Origin: Methanobacteriota archaeon
Lineage (GTDB): Archaea; Thermoplasmatota; Poseidoniia; Poseidoniales; Thalassarchaeaceae
Reading direction: 5' to 3'
NCBI GenBank assembly: GCA_016845345.1
Contig: JAERSV010000029.1
Location: forward strand, 24,917 to 88,916
DNA: 64,000 nt
This document shows, in pieces, positions 35,320 to 43,519 of this stretch (within the stretch, counting starts at the first letter, position 1; each line of letters opens with the position of its first letter). The notes under the pieces were generated by a model. It was not told where the DNA came from. It made no database searches and saw only the letters and a list, made by a program, of their open reading frames with translations. The position numbers and the translations under genes were made by a program.

Positions 35320-35639
35320 TATGAACCCTCAAACTGTTTTACCATCTGATCGTATTGGGTTCGTAGGGTTTCTTCTTGAGTAACTAATCTTTGTTCATGC
35401 TCTTTCAGAGTTGCAATAGTTTTCTCAATGTCCTCAGACAATTTTTCCCTATCACTCACCTCTAACAGAAGTGGACCTGACTGGCGGTACACTGCGCGGT
35501 CTTCTTCTTGGGTAGAAAGATGCTCAAGTGTTGCTTCCAATTCTTTGATTTGACCCCCAACAGAGGCAACTTGCTGTGCTGAACTCTGTAATTCTGCGAC
35601 AACCATTTGCAATCTTTGCCTAATATCTTCGGTGACCAT
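35319..35639 (-). CDS. pfdB: prefoldin beta subunit
   Basis: 106 aa coiled-coil / beta-hairpin / coiled-coil pattern (QIKELEATLEHL...AVYRQSGPLLLEVSDREKL...). Canonical position in the exosome superoperon. Confidence 0.8.
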   Translation of the reverse strand: MVTEDIRQRLQMVVAELQSSAQQVASVGGQIKELEATLEHLSTQEEDRAVYRQSGPLLLEVSDREKLSEDIEKTIATLKEHEQRLVTQEETLRTQYDQMVKQFEGS

Positions 35640-35654
35640 CTTAATCCCTCATCT

Positions 35655-35903
35655 TCATCGGCTGCGGTTGACCTCAATAAGGGACTCGGACGCGGCTTGA
35701 ATTGACCTTAGTGCCGTATTGAGTCTTGCCCTTAGGTCTGAGATGTTGTCAGCGGATACTTGCACCTCTAAAGAAGATGAATGCGTTTCTATGTCAACAT
35801 CTTCAGTTGCCAAGGCAGCAGCCAAGGCATTTACATCAAAGGTTTGACTTAAAGTGAGAGTAGCACTACAAACATCACTCTTCTTCGCTACCATCATCAC
35901 CAT
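35655..35903 (-). CDS. KEOPS subunit Pcc1-like protein
   Basis: 82 aa. The SADNISDLRARLNTALRSIQAASESL helix resembles the Pcc1 LRA..NS.LR signature. Lies between L37Ae and prefoldin beta, as in many archaea. Confidence 0.55.
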   Translation of the reverse strand: MVMMVAKKSDVCSATLTLSQTFDVNALAAALATEDVDIETHSSSLEVQVSADNISDLRARLNTALRSIQAASESLIEVNRSR

Positions 35904-36282
35904 CTCCCTCGGTGGTAATCTCTGCTAGTGGGGTATCTTCAACGGCTTCATTTAGAGTACGTTCGTATTCTATTGCAGCATTCTGTGCTATCAGTGCCAT
36001 ATCAGTAGCAGTTGCTCCTTCAACAGATCTGCGGACAATCCTATTATTTGCATCAGATGCTCGAGTAAAGGGTTGCCAGACTCCACCAGCAAATGTGTGG
36101 CCACACTTGCGGCAAGCCCAAATCCCAGCGGATTCACGCCTAACTTTCTGATATTGACAGACTGGGCAAGAATATTCTCTCTTCACCTTTCGTAGAGCGT
36201 ATGAGGCTCTGCGTCGGACACTTACACCGTATCTAGCCCCGAATCTTGCTTCGAGTCCTGCTTTCTTAGTTCGCTTTGCCAT
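35875..36282 (-). CDS. rpl37ae: 50S ribosomal protein L37Ae (eL43) with acidic C-terminal extension
   Basis: MAKRTKKAGLEARFGARYG...CPVCQYQKVRRESAGIWACRKCGHTFAGG zinc ribbon. About 45 extra C-terminal residues ending DGDDGSEEE. Overlaps the Pcc1-like start by 29 nt. Confidence 0.9.
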   Translation of the reverse strand: MAKRTKKAGLEARFGARYGVSVRRRASYALRKVKREYSCPVCQYQKVRRESAGIWACRKCGHTFAGGVWQPFTRASDANNRIVRRSVEGATATDMALIAQNAAIEYERTLNEAVEDTPLAEITTEGDGDDGSEEE

Positions 36283-36294
36283 TTAATCACCTCA
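36280..36294 (-). promoter_or_regulatory. intra-operon ribosome-binding site embedded in the rrp42 stop codon
   Basis: Sense strand TGAGGTGATTAAATG: rrp42 stop TGA, then GGTGAT, then the L37Ae ATG. Same 9-mer TGAGGTGAT as at the S12/S7 junction. Confidence 0.6.
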
Positions 36295-37071
36295 CAATGA
36301 ATCTACTATTTTTCTCAACTCGGCACATCGTTGCTTAGCCGCATCCATGATTTCTACAAATTCGCTCGCCGAGAACACTCCCTTTAATCCCTTCTGCAAA
36401 GAGTGGACATGGTCATCTTCTCCGAGTGTGATGTGAATTCTCTCGTCACCACCAACTTCTTCTTCTCTATTTGAATCATAAACAAACCTGCCACCTACTT
36501 TTTGGTAAGAACACATTATTGGTGTTTTGTTAACAGGTAATTTCCTGTCTTCACCTACATCAAATCGCTCACCCGGGAGTGTAGCGTTATGAAGGGCCGC
36601 AATCGCCGCTAATCCAAACGCGTCGAATAAATTACCATCATCACTAATCGCAAAACAGTCAATAATTACCTGCCAAACCTTTTCACCAGGAATTATACAC
36701 AAATCTTTGGTGTTGATACAGCCAGATTCACGAATCCCTCTGTCAACTACTCTACCAATCTCAATACTTTCCGGGCTTGGTGGCCCGGGTTCGATATGTC
36801 GACCTGCCAATGGCCTCAATTCAGCACTTGTCATTAGGCCACCTTCATCAGGTCTGTCAGGGTAAGGAGTTTGTAGTTGGAATTTGATTCCACAAAATAC
36901 GATGGTATCTCCCATCTGCACTTTTGCACTACCTTCTGCTCGGTCAAGAACTCCGACCTCCACAGAAAGTTCGCGACCTTCCCATTGACCCCGGCCATCT
37001 GCTCTTTGGTCTCTTGTTGCGAGTTCAGTGAGGTGAGCGCGGAGTAATTCAGGAACTAGGGGTTGAGCCAT
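36292..37071 (-). CDS. rrp42: exosome complex component Rrp42
   Basis: RNase-PH-like fold without the active-site GT/R motif. RADGRGQWEGRELSVEVGVLDRAEGSAKVQMGDT. Follows rrp41 with a 1-nt overlap (TAATG). Confidence 0.85.
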   Translation of the reverse strand: MAQPLVPELLRAHLTELATRDQRADGRGQWEGRELSVEVGVLDRAEGSAKVQMGDTIVFCGIKFQLQTPYPDRPDEGGLMTSAELRPLAGRHIEPGPPSPESIEIGRVVDRGIRESGCINTKDLCIIPGEKVWQVIIDCFAISDDGNLFDAFGLAAIAALHNATLPGERFDVGEDRKLPVNKTPIMCSYQKVGGRFVYDSNREEEVGGDERIHITLGEDDHVHSLQKGLKGVFSASEFVEIMDAAKQRCAELRKIVDSL

Positions 37072-37802
37072 TATTGAGCACCCCCGTATTTGTTCGCAAT
37101 TGCTTCCTTCATCAATTCATGAATTTTTAATGCGGCTTCCATATTGTAATCCCAAGCCTCTTGGAATTCAGAAGGTGATAGGTCACCATCCATTTGTAGG
37201 AACACAAGTTCACCTGTATTTGGAAGAACACCCATTGGTAAATCTGCTGCACCGTAGTTATCCTCTTCTTTATTCAGGTCACAGACTACAACTCCGTTGA
37301 TTTTGCCACTTGCAACACTAACAACCATGTCAGTCATTGGTATGCCAGCATCTGCTAAAGCAAGTGATGCCGCGGTTAATCCAACACAACGTGTTCCTGC
37401 TTCAGCACAAATGATTTCAATTTCAACTCGTATTTTGCTTCGTGGATATAATTCCAATAAAACAACTGATTCCAAAGCGTCTGCAGTTACTTTACTAATT
37501 TCACGACTGCGTCTGTTGAATCCAGGACGGAATCTGTCAGTAGTTGAGAAAGGCGCCATGTTGTAACGGACATCAAGAACTGCTCGTTCTTGTCGTTGAA
37601 TCTTTCTTGGATGAGCCTCCATTGGACCATATACTGAGGCAATCACATAATTTGTACCCCAGCGCATACTTGCTGATCCATCAGCCACTGGAACTACACC
37701 CATTTCAATTTCAATGGGACGTATATCCCCTGCTTTCCGGCCATCTATACGATTGCCATTCTCATCTATCATTTGGACGTCGCCATATCCCATATTCATC
37801 AC
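37071..37802 (-). CDS. rrp41: exosome complex exonuclease Rrp41 (RNase PH)
   Basis: RIDGRKAGDIRPIEIEMGVVPVADGSA..., RRSREISK, and the DL..EED..G..D.P motif region. Confidence 0.9.
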   Translation of the reverse strand: MMNMGYGDVQMIDENGNRIDGRKAGDIRPIEIEMGVVPVADGSASMRWGTNYVIASVYGPMEAHPRKIQRQERAVLDVRYNMAPFSTTDRFRPGFNRRSREISKVTADALESVVLLELYPRSKIRVEIEIICAEAGTRCVGLTAASLALADAGIPMTDMVVSVASGKINGVVVCDLNKEEDNYGAADLPMGVLPNTGELVFLQMDGDLSPSEFQEAWDYNMEAALKIHELMKEAIANKYGGAQ

Positions 37803-38503
37803 TCTCCATTTCCGTTTGCTAGTTGGCCTGCAATAGCATCAGCCAATTCTGTTGAATGTTCATTGTCTCGTACGAATGCCAATGCATCACGTACCATTCT
37901 AATCCCATCTGGTTCTCCATCAACCCAAATTCTACCGTTTGCACCTAAGATTATTCTACAATTACTTGCATCCTTTAGTTGGTTGATGATTGTATTAGAA
38001 CCACTAGAAATAGTACTCACAAGGTGAGGTGGAATTGTATCGACGAACCCTGAGTTAACCTTTCTTAATCCCATTCCTTTCATCGTTACTACTGAAGAAT
38101 GGGCTTCGTCAACTTCTTGAACACGGCATAAAATCGTAGTCCCAACATCCATAGCATCCCTGGTCCCACCGTATTCTACTTTCATTGGTGCTAGACTCAT
38201 TGGGAGAATAGCATTGAATGGAGCATTCAAGTCAATAAACCAAATATTAGACCTCATGCCTTCTATGTATCCGATTACTAAATCCCCAGGTCTAGGAAAG
38301 TAAGCAGTATGAACAGGAATAATTGAGATTTCACCCGATTTTTCAACCAAGTAACCAAGTTTGGTTGCTATCAATTCACCGTTCAATTTTATGACTCCAT
38401 GACCAAGTTGGTCACTGGTATCTGAACTAATTTTATCGCCGGGTATCACCAGGCTGCCGGATGCAGCCGAAGTGCGCCCATCCGAGGCGCCACTACTACT
38501 CAT
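37799..38503 (-). CDS. rrp4: exosome RNA-binding subunit Rrp4 (S1 + KH)
   Basis: N-terminal domain LVIPGDKI, S1-like PRPGDLVIGYIEG...WFIDLNAP..., KH-like C-terminus. ATGA overlap with rrp41. Confidence 0.85.
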   Translation of the reverse strand: MSSSGASDGRTSAASGSLVIPGDKISSDTSDQLGHGVIKLNGELIATKLGYLVEKSGEISIIPVHTAYFPRPGDLVIGYIEGMRSNIWFIDLNAPFNAILPMSLAPMKVEYGGTRDAMDVGTTILCRVQEVDEAHSSVVTMKGMGLRKVNSGFVDTIPPHLVSTISSGSNTIINQLKDASNCRIILGANGRIWVDGEPDGIRMVRDALAFVRDNEHSTELADAIAGQLANGNGE

Positions 38504-38543
38504 ATTTCTTCTCCGAGCCGGCCGACCCGCCCATCATCTATAA
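38504..38543 (-). promoter_or_regulatory. exosome operon (rrp4) promoter/leader with GC box variant
   Basis: Sense strand: TTATAGATGATGGGCGGGTCGGCCGGCTCGGAGAAGAAATATG. Confidence 0.45.
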
Positions 38544-38575
38544 CCGTTGCATATTAAATGGCTAAACGAGTTGGT

Positions 38576-39265
38576 TCACTTCAACTCTTTTACCACAACA
38601 TCAGAGGCTCTTTTGCCAACTTTTGCGATGTAATCATTTTTCATCCCAGCAGGGATTTCGACAGTGAAAGCCCAATCCCCATTTGCTAACCAATCTTCAC
38701 GTAAAACATCCTCACGAACCAATGCAAAAACCGAGCCATAATTAGTCCCCCCAACTTTGAATGCTAACTTGATGGTAGTGAAAGAAATAGGTATCAATTC
38801 CCTTATCATGGCGACAGCATCTTTGACTTGTTTTTCTACAGATTTGAAGGGGTCCGCCTTGAATCTAGCCTCAATAAGAGCGTTTTCAACTCTTTGGGGT
38901 GGGTGTGGAAGTTTAGTTTGAGGGTCTATTCCGAGCATACAAATATCTGCAATGACCTGTCTTGTTTTTTCCTCTATCATTTTTTTCCGTTGTTCAGTAG
39001 TGAGTTGAATACTTCCTTCCAAGAGTATCTTCTCTACACATGTGGCTAATTCTGTAGTACCGAATACTCCCTCTAATTTCTCAGCAGTCGGCCTCTCTCC
39101 ATTCTTGACATCATGCCAAACCTCGTCAGTGGCAAGCAAATCATCTAGTTCTACACTGCTCTGGTCATCTTTCCACTGGTGAACCAAATCAGGGTCAACC
39201 AACACCTCATACCTCTTTCCACCTTTCTCAAAACGGGCGATAACAGCGTCATCCATACTGACCAT
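38576..39265 (-). CDS. SBDS-family ribosome maturation protein
   Basis: MVSMDDAVIARFEKGGKRYEVLVDPD matches archaeal SBDS N-termini. ATG at 39265 chosen over the longer ORF start at 39325. Confidence 0.85.
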   Translation of the reverse strand: MVSMDDAVIARFEKGGKRYEVLVDPDLVHQWKDDQSSVELDDLLATDEVWHDVKNGERPTAEKLEGVFGTTELATCVEKILLEGSIQLTTEQRKKMIEEKTRQVIADICMLGIDPQTKLPHPPQRVENALIEARFKADPFKSVEKQVKDAVAMIRELIPISFTTIKLAFKVGGTNYGSVFALVREDVLREDWLANGDWAFTVEIPAGMKNDYIAKVGKRASDVVVKELK

Positions 39266-39321
39266 GATGGTATCTCCAAGATGAGCGAGAAGGGAGGATG
39301 CGCATAGCATCTTCGCAGTAA

Positions 39322-40047
39322 TCATTCATCATTTGCTGGTAACTTGTCGATATGACCAATGGTTTCTTCTTGGTCCATCAATCTGAATCCACTTTTATCA
39401 AGTACTGCTATCTGTACAGCATTCTTGTTCAAATCCCCATCGTCTAAAGATGAGCGAAGTGCTTCTAATCCAAGTTTAACAGCAGCATTTTGAGTCATGT
39501 TCTTCTTCCATTTACTCTCAAAGAAATCAACAACTGCATTCCGCCCTCTACCTACTGCACCAGCCTGATAGGATTGGTATGCACCACTTGGGTCAGTCTC
39601 GTAGAGGTGTATTCCGTTTTCATCTACTCCAGCAATCAGAAGTGCTGTTCCAAATGGCCTTGTTCCACCATATTGAGTAAATGATTGTTTGAAATTACAG
39701 ATTTTCTTTGTCAAAATATCCACTGGAACTTTGTCGCTGTAGGTAATTCTGTTAATTTGACATTCTGCACGAGCCCTTGCAACAAGTTGTCGTGCATCGG
39801 CTACAAGGCCTGATGTAGCAAATCCAATGTGATCATCAATTTTGTAGACTTTATCAATAGATTCTGGAATAATTAATCGGCTAGCTATTCGCTTGTCAAC
39901 AATCAATAATACTCCACCGCGATACTTCAATCCAACTGTTGTAGTACCTCTTTTTACAGATTCTCTTGCATATTCAACTTGAAACAATCTGCCATCAGGA
40001 CTGAATGTTGTGATTCCATGGTCGTATCCTCTTCCGCTTGGTTGCAT
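39322..40047 (-). CDS. psmA: proteasome alpha subunit
   Basis: GYDHGITTFSPDGRLFQVEYARESVKRGTTTVGLKYRGGVLL is the canonical alpha-subunit N-terminus. Confidence 0.95.
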   Translation of the reverse strand: MQPSGRGYDHGITTFSPDGRLFQVEYARESVKRGTTTVGLKYRGGVLLIVDKRIASRLIIPESIDKVYKIDDHIGFATSGLVADARQLVARARAECQINRITYSDKVPVDILTKKICNFKQSFTQYGGTRPFGTALLIAGVDENGIHLYETDPSGAYQSYQAGAVGRGRNAVVDFFESKWKKNMTQNAAVKLGLEALRSSLDDGDLNKNAVQIAVLDKSGFRLMDQEETIGHIDKLPANDE

Positions 40048-40158
40048 CTGCTCACCTAAGCCCGGCTGTCGGACGGACTCTTATGAACCTTGAGAACCGA
40101 TAACCCCAATCTGAAGACTCGCCCACTTCTTTTTCACCCACTACATCCTGCGCTACTC

Positions 40159-40941
40159 ATGCGAGTCATTGTGCTGTCTTCGGGAGGTAAAGATTCGTGT
40201 TACTCTGTTTGGTGGGCTTTGATGAAAGGATGGGATGTTGCTGGCATCGTCACCATCAACATTACGGGAGAAGATTCAATGATGTTCCAAGTGCCTGCAA
40301 CTTCAATCGCAGGCTTGCAGGCTAGTTCAGGAAATATTCCATGGTTACAAGTTAATGTGAGCGGAGATGAGAATACTGAAATTGCTGAACTTGAGTCTGT
40401 TTTAAAACCAATAATAGAAGGGAAGAATTCCCAAAACTCTGAGGGAAATTTGACGAGCCAAGAACTGTCAGAATTTTTCCCTTACACGTTGAATATTACA
40501 CACCCAATTGCCAAACTTGTGCCAAATGAAACCATAGATGCAATTGTCACGGGTGCATTACGGAGTGATTACCAAAAAACTAGGATTGAACAAATGGCAC
40601 AACGACTGGGCGTCAAGTCATTTTGCCCACTTTGGCATCATGATGCACAAAATCATATGCGAGACCTCGTGAATCATGGATTTGAACTAATATTTAGTTC
40701 GGTTTCTTGTGAGGGTTTAGACCAGAATTGGGTCGGAAAAACACTTGATAGTAAGAGTTTGAAGGAATTAGAATTACTTGCTCAACAACACCGTTTTTCA
40801 GTTGATGGGGAGGGTGGTGAGTTTGAAACCACGGTTCTAAACAGCCCCTGGATGAATAAAAAAATCAACATTAAGGGGGAGAGAGTTTGGTCAGGACTTC
40901 GAGGTCATTTATTGATTCAAGAGGTTAGTTTTGCTGAGTAA
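40159..40941 (+). CDS. PP-loop ATPase of the MJ0570 / diphthine-ammonia ligase (Dph6) family
   Basis: MRVIVLSSGGKDSCYSVWWA (SGGKDS PP-loop), GALRSDYQKTRIEQMAQRLGVKSFCPLW, GEGGEFETTVL. Contains about 40 aa of insertion relative to what I recall for MJ0570. Confidence 0.75.
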   Translation: MRVIVLSSGGKDSCYSVWWALMKGWDVAGIVTINITGEDSMMFQVPATSIAGLQASSGNIPWLQVNVSGDENTEIAELESVLKPIIEGKNSQNSEGNLTSQELSEFFPYTLNITHPIAKLVPNETIDAIVTGALRSDYQKTRIEQMAQRLGVKSFCPLWHHDAQNHMRDLVNHGFELIFSSVSCEGLDQNWVGKTLDSKSLKELELLAQQHRFSVDGEGGEFETTVLNSPWMNKKINIKGERVWSGLRGHLLIQEVSFAE

Positions 40942-40996
40942 TGTTGGCGTTATCCTCAAACCAAAGTCCCCTCTCGGCCGGCATGAGGATACCTGA

Positions 40997-42346
40997 ATGC
41001 CACTCTGTCCACTCGATTATCGGTATGGCCGCGACCCTGTCAAAGATATCTGGTCTGACCTTGGTCGGCACTCTCGACAACTTGAAGTCGAACGAGCGTT
41101 AATTTGGGCGCACAAAGAACTCGGTAAAGTATCACAATCAGACTATGATGCAGTTGCAGCCATCTCTAACCCTGACATTGTAACCAAAGAAAGAGTAGAA
41201 GAAATTGAGGCTGAAACAAAACACGACATAATGGCTCTCACCAAAGCAATGGCAGAGAAAGCTGGAGATGCTGGTTGGTGTATTCACCTTGGTGCCACTT
41301 CTAACGATATTGTAGATACTGCTGTTGCCTTACAAATCAGAGATTCAATTGACCAACAAACCGAAATTATTTCCACACTAATTTCAACAATTGCCGATTT
41401 GGCAGAAAGAGAGAGAGACACTGTTTGCCTTGGACGTACTCACGGCCAAGCCGCCGTTCCAATCACTTTCGGATTGAAGGTTGCAGTTTGGTTGGATGAA
41501 TTTAGACGCCACCTTATCAGACTCCAAGAACTGAGTCCAAGAGTATGTGTTGGGAAATTCCTTGGCGCAGTCGGTACCGGAGCCGCTCAAGGTGAACACG
41601 CGAGAGAATTACAAGAACATATCATGACACACTTAGGGCTAGGTACTCCTCTTGTTACAACCCAAGTTGTCGGCAGAGACCGATATATTGAGTGGGTTTC
41701 TTGGATGGCTAATGTGGCAACCAGTGTTGAAAAGGTCTTACAGGAAATTAGAAATCTCCAACGAACTGAAATCGCAGAAGTTGGCGAATATTTTGATGTT
41801 GAAAAGCAAGTTGGTTCCTCAACAATGGCACACAAACGAAATCCAATTACTGCTGAAAACGCCTGCGGATTGGCTCGTGTGGTCAGAGCAATGATGTTGC
41901 CAACCTGGGAAAATGCCCTGCTTTGGCATGAACGTGATTTAGCCAATTCGAGCGCCGAGAGGTTCACACTTTCCCACTCAGTGGTTCTTTTGGATGATGT
42001 ATTATCAAAATGTGATCGTGTATTGGGTAAACTAGTAGTTGACAAGGATAACATGTTACGAAATATCAATTCACAAAATGGGTTAGTCATGGCTGAAAAA
42101 GTTATGATTGCTCTTGTTGAGAATGGAATACCAAGAGATGAAGCACATGAAGTGCTCCGCTCTGCCTCAATGGAATCACTCCAGAAAGGCGTTCACTTAG
42201 AGGATATTTGTGCGATGACACCAACTATTGCTGCAGCATTTGATGGAGATGAACTTCACGCTTTGTTTGACCCGAATAGCCATCTAGGCGTTTCAGCAGA
42301 ATTAGTCGATGAGGCAGTAGCACTGGCACGAGCCGCTATCAAGTGA
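40997..42346 (+). CDS. purB: adenylosuccinate lyase
   Basis: PLDYRYGR..., GATSNDIVDTA, GSSTMAHKRNP signature. Confidence 0.9.
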   Translation: MPLCPLDYRYGRDPVKDIWSDLGRHSRQLEVERALIWAHKELGKVSQSDYDAVAAISNPDIVTKERVEEIEAETKHDIMALTKAMAEKAGDAGWCIHLGATSNDIVDTAVALQIRDSIDQQTEIISTLISTIADLAERERDTVCLGRTHGQAAVPITFGLKVAVWLDEFRRHLIRLQELSPRVCVGKFLGAVGTGAAQGEHARELQEHIMTHLGLGTPLVTTQVVGRDRYIEWVSWMANVATSVEKVLQEIRNLQRTEIAEVGEYFDVEKQVGSSTMAHKRNPITAENACGLARVVRAMMLPTWENALLWHERDLANSSAERFTLSHSVVLLDDVLSKCDRVLGKLVVDKDNMLRNINSQNGLVMAEKVMIALVENGIPRDEAHEVLRSASMESLQKGVHLEDICAMTPTIAAAFDGDELHALFDPNSHLGVSAELVDEAVALARAAIK

Positions 42347-42563
42347 TTAGCATCAATCCACCGAGCACTAATCCTGTGCACGTTGCAGTTATTACGAGCA
42401 GGAGAATCATTGCTTGAGGCCCATACTGATTCTTGTCTAACAAAGCAGTACCAATCAAGCCATGAGTGCGTAATGCACCTCGCAAACCACCATCAATTTC
42501 CTCAAATGCTGGGAGTGAACGACGAGGGATTCTCTCCCCATCCCGATTACTGCCCATAGGCAC
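42339..42563 (-). CDS. small tail-anchored membrane protein (hypothetical)
   Basis: 74 aa with a single C-terminal TM helix, AMILLLVITATCTGLVLGGLMLI. Overlaps the purB 3' end by 8 nt. Could be spurious. Confidence 0.35.
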   Translation of the reverse strand: MPMGSNRDGERIPRRSLPAFEEIDGGLRGALRTHGLIGTALLDKNQYGPQAMILLLVITATCTGLVLGGLMLIT

Positions 42564-42602
42564 CCCACATAGTGAACGGTCATAGCAATTACCAATGAAT
42601 GT

Positions 42603-43226
42603 ATGGTTTTCAAACTAAGTGTTCAAAAACCTCCAAACAAACCAATCACCGTGGCCCTCCCTGAATTACCCCCAATTACACACTTGGCAGTAGGTGAGGG
42701 ATGTGGTGGAACTTCGTTAGCATTACAATACTCCCGTGATATCTTAATCGACGGTGGGAGGGTGGTATGGGTTTGTGAAAAGACCCCAGACCCCCAGAGA
42801 TTTAGTCAGATTCTCAATAACGTAGATGTTGCTTTATTAGCAAAATTCCACATGATGGAATGCGGTGAAGTAATAGCAGGTGGAGTCTTGACTGCTGGGA
42901 AATTGGCCGAAAGATTAACCCCGCAATTATTTGTGATTGATGATTGGACTCCAAGAACAGGTCAACCAGATAGGTTAACGATTTCAGCGATTGAAAAAAT
43001 TTGCAAAATTCTTGAATCGACAGGATGTAAGTTGCTAATTACTTCTGCACTTTATGGTGACGCCAGCGGTAAAGAACAATGGAAAACCCGAGGAAAAAAT
43101 TTGCTTGAACATCTTTCTCCTTCCAATTGGCGGCTAACAATCACAGAAGGCGGATTACAAAAAAGGACTCTACTTGCAGAAGATGAGACTTTTCAACTGC
43201 AAATAAACGATGAAGGATTTAGTTGA
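42603..43226 (+). CDS. KaiC/RecA-superfamily-like protein with degenerate Walker A
   Basis: Layout resembles COG0467-type RecA-like ATPases: P-loop position reads GEGCGGTS (no Lys), Walker-B-like LFVIDDW, C-terminal RTLLAEDETFQLQINDEGF. Confidence 0.5.
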   Translation: MVFKLSVQKPPNKPITVALPELPPITHLAVGEGCGGTSLALQYSRDILIDGGRVVWVCEKTPDPQRFSQILNNVDVALLAKFHMMECGEVIAGGVLTAGKLAERLTPQLFVIDDWTPRTGQPDRLTISAIEKICKILESTGCKLLITSALYGDASGKEQWKTRGKNLLEHLSPSNWRLTITEGGLQKRTLLAEDETFQLQINDEGFS

Positions 43227-43229
43227 GTA

Positions 43230-43493
43230 TTAATCCCCTTCATACTCAATTCCTTGAGCTTCTGCAGCAGATGCCAACAACTCACCCATTTCATCAAGCG
43301 CTTCATCGTCTGGTTCATTGAATTGGTCGGGATCTTTTGCTTTGCCACCTAATTCATCTGCACCTGCAATCACAGGTGCATTGTCAGCAATTATCGATTG
43401 TTGATTACGCTTAATCATCTTGATAATAAGGTATGCTAAGGCTCCTGAAGCCATAAACAACAGAACATATGCTATTGAGACTGAATCTACCAT
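43230..43493 (-). CDS. small membrane protein with acidic tail (hypothetical)
   Basis: 87 aa. N-terminal TM helix IAYVLLFMASGALAYLIIKMI, then an acidic tail. Confidence 0.45.
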   Translation of the reverse strand: MVDSVSIAYVLLFMASGALAYLIIKMIKRNQQSIIADNAPVIAGADELGGKAKDPDQFNEPDDEALDEMGELLASAAEAQGIEYEGD

Positions 43494-43519
43494 GAGGTGC
43501 CGAGACGACCTCTCCTCAA

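Noticed and set aside
41587-42090. 167-aa minus-strand ORF
   Set aside because: It is antisense to purB, which carries the fumarate-lyase signature.
43494-43512. Short hairpin GAGGT-N9-ACCTC immediately upstream of the 87-aa ORF start, which could mask an SD
   Set aside because: The stem is only 5 bp. The gene itself is of uncertain reality. There is no supporting repeat.
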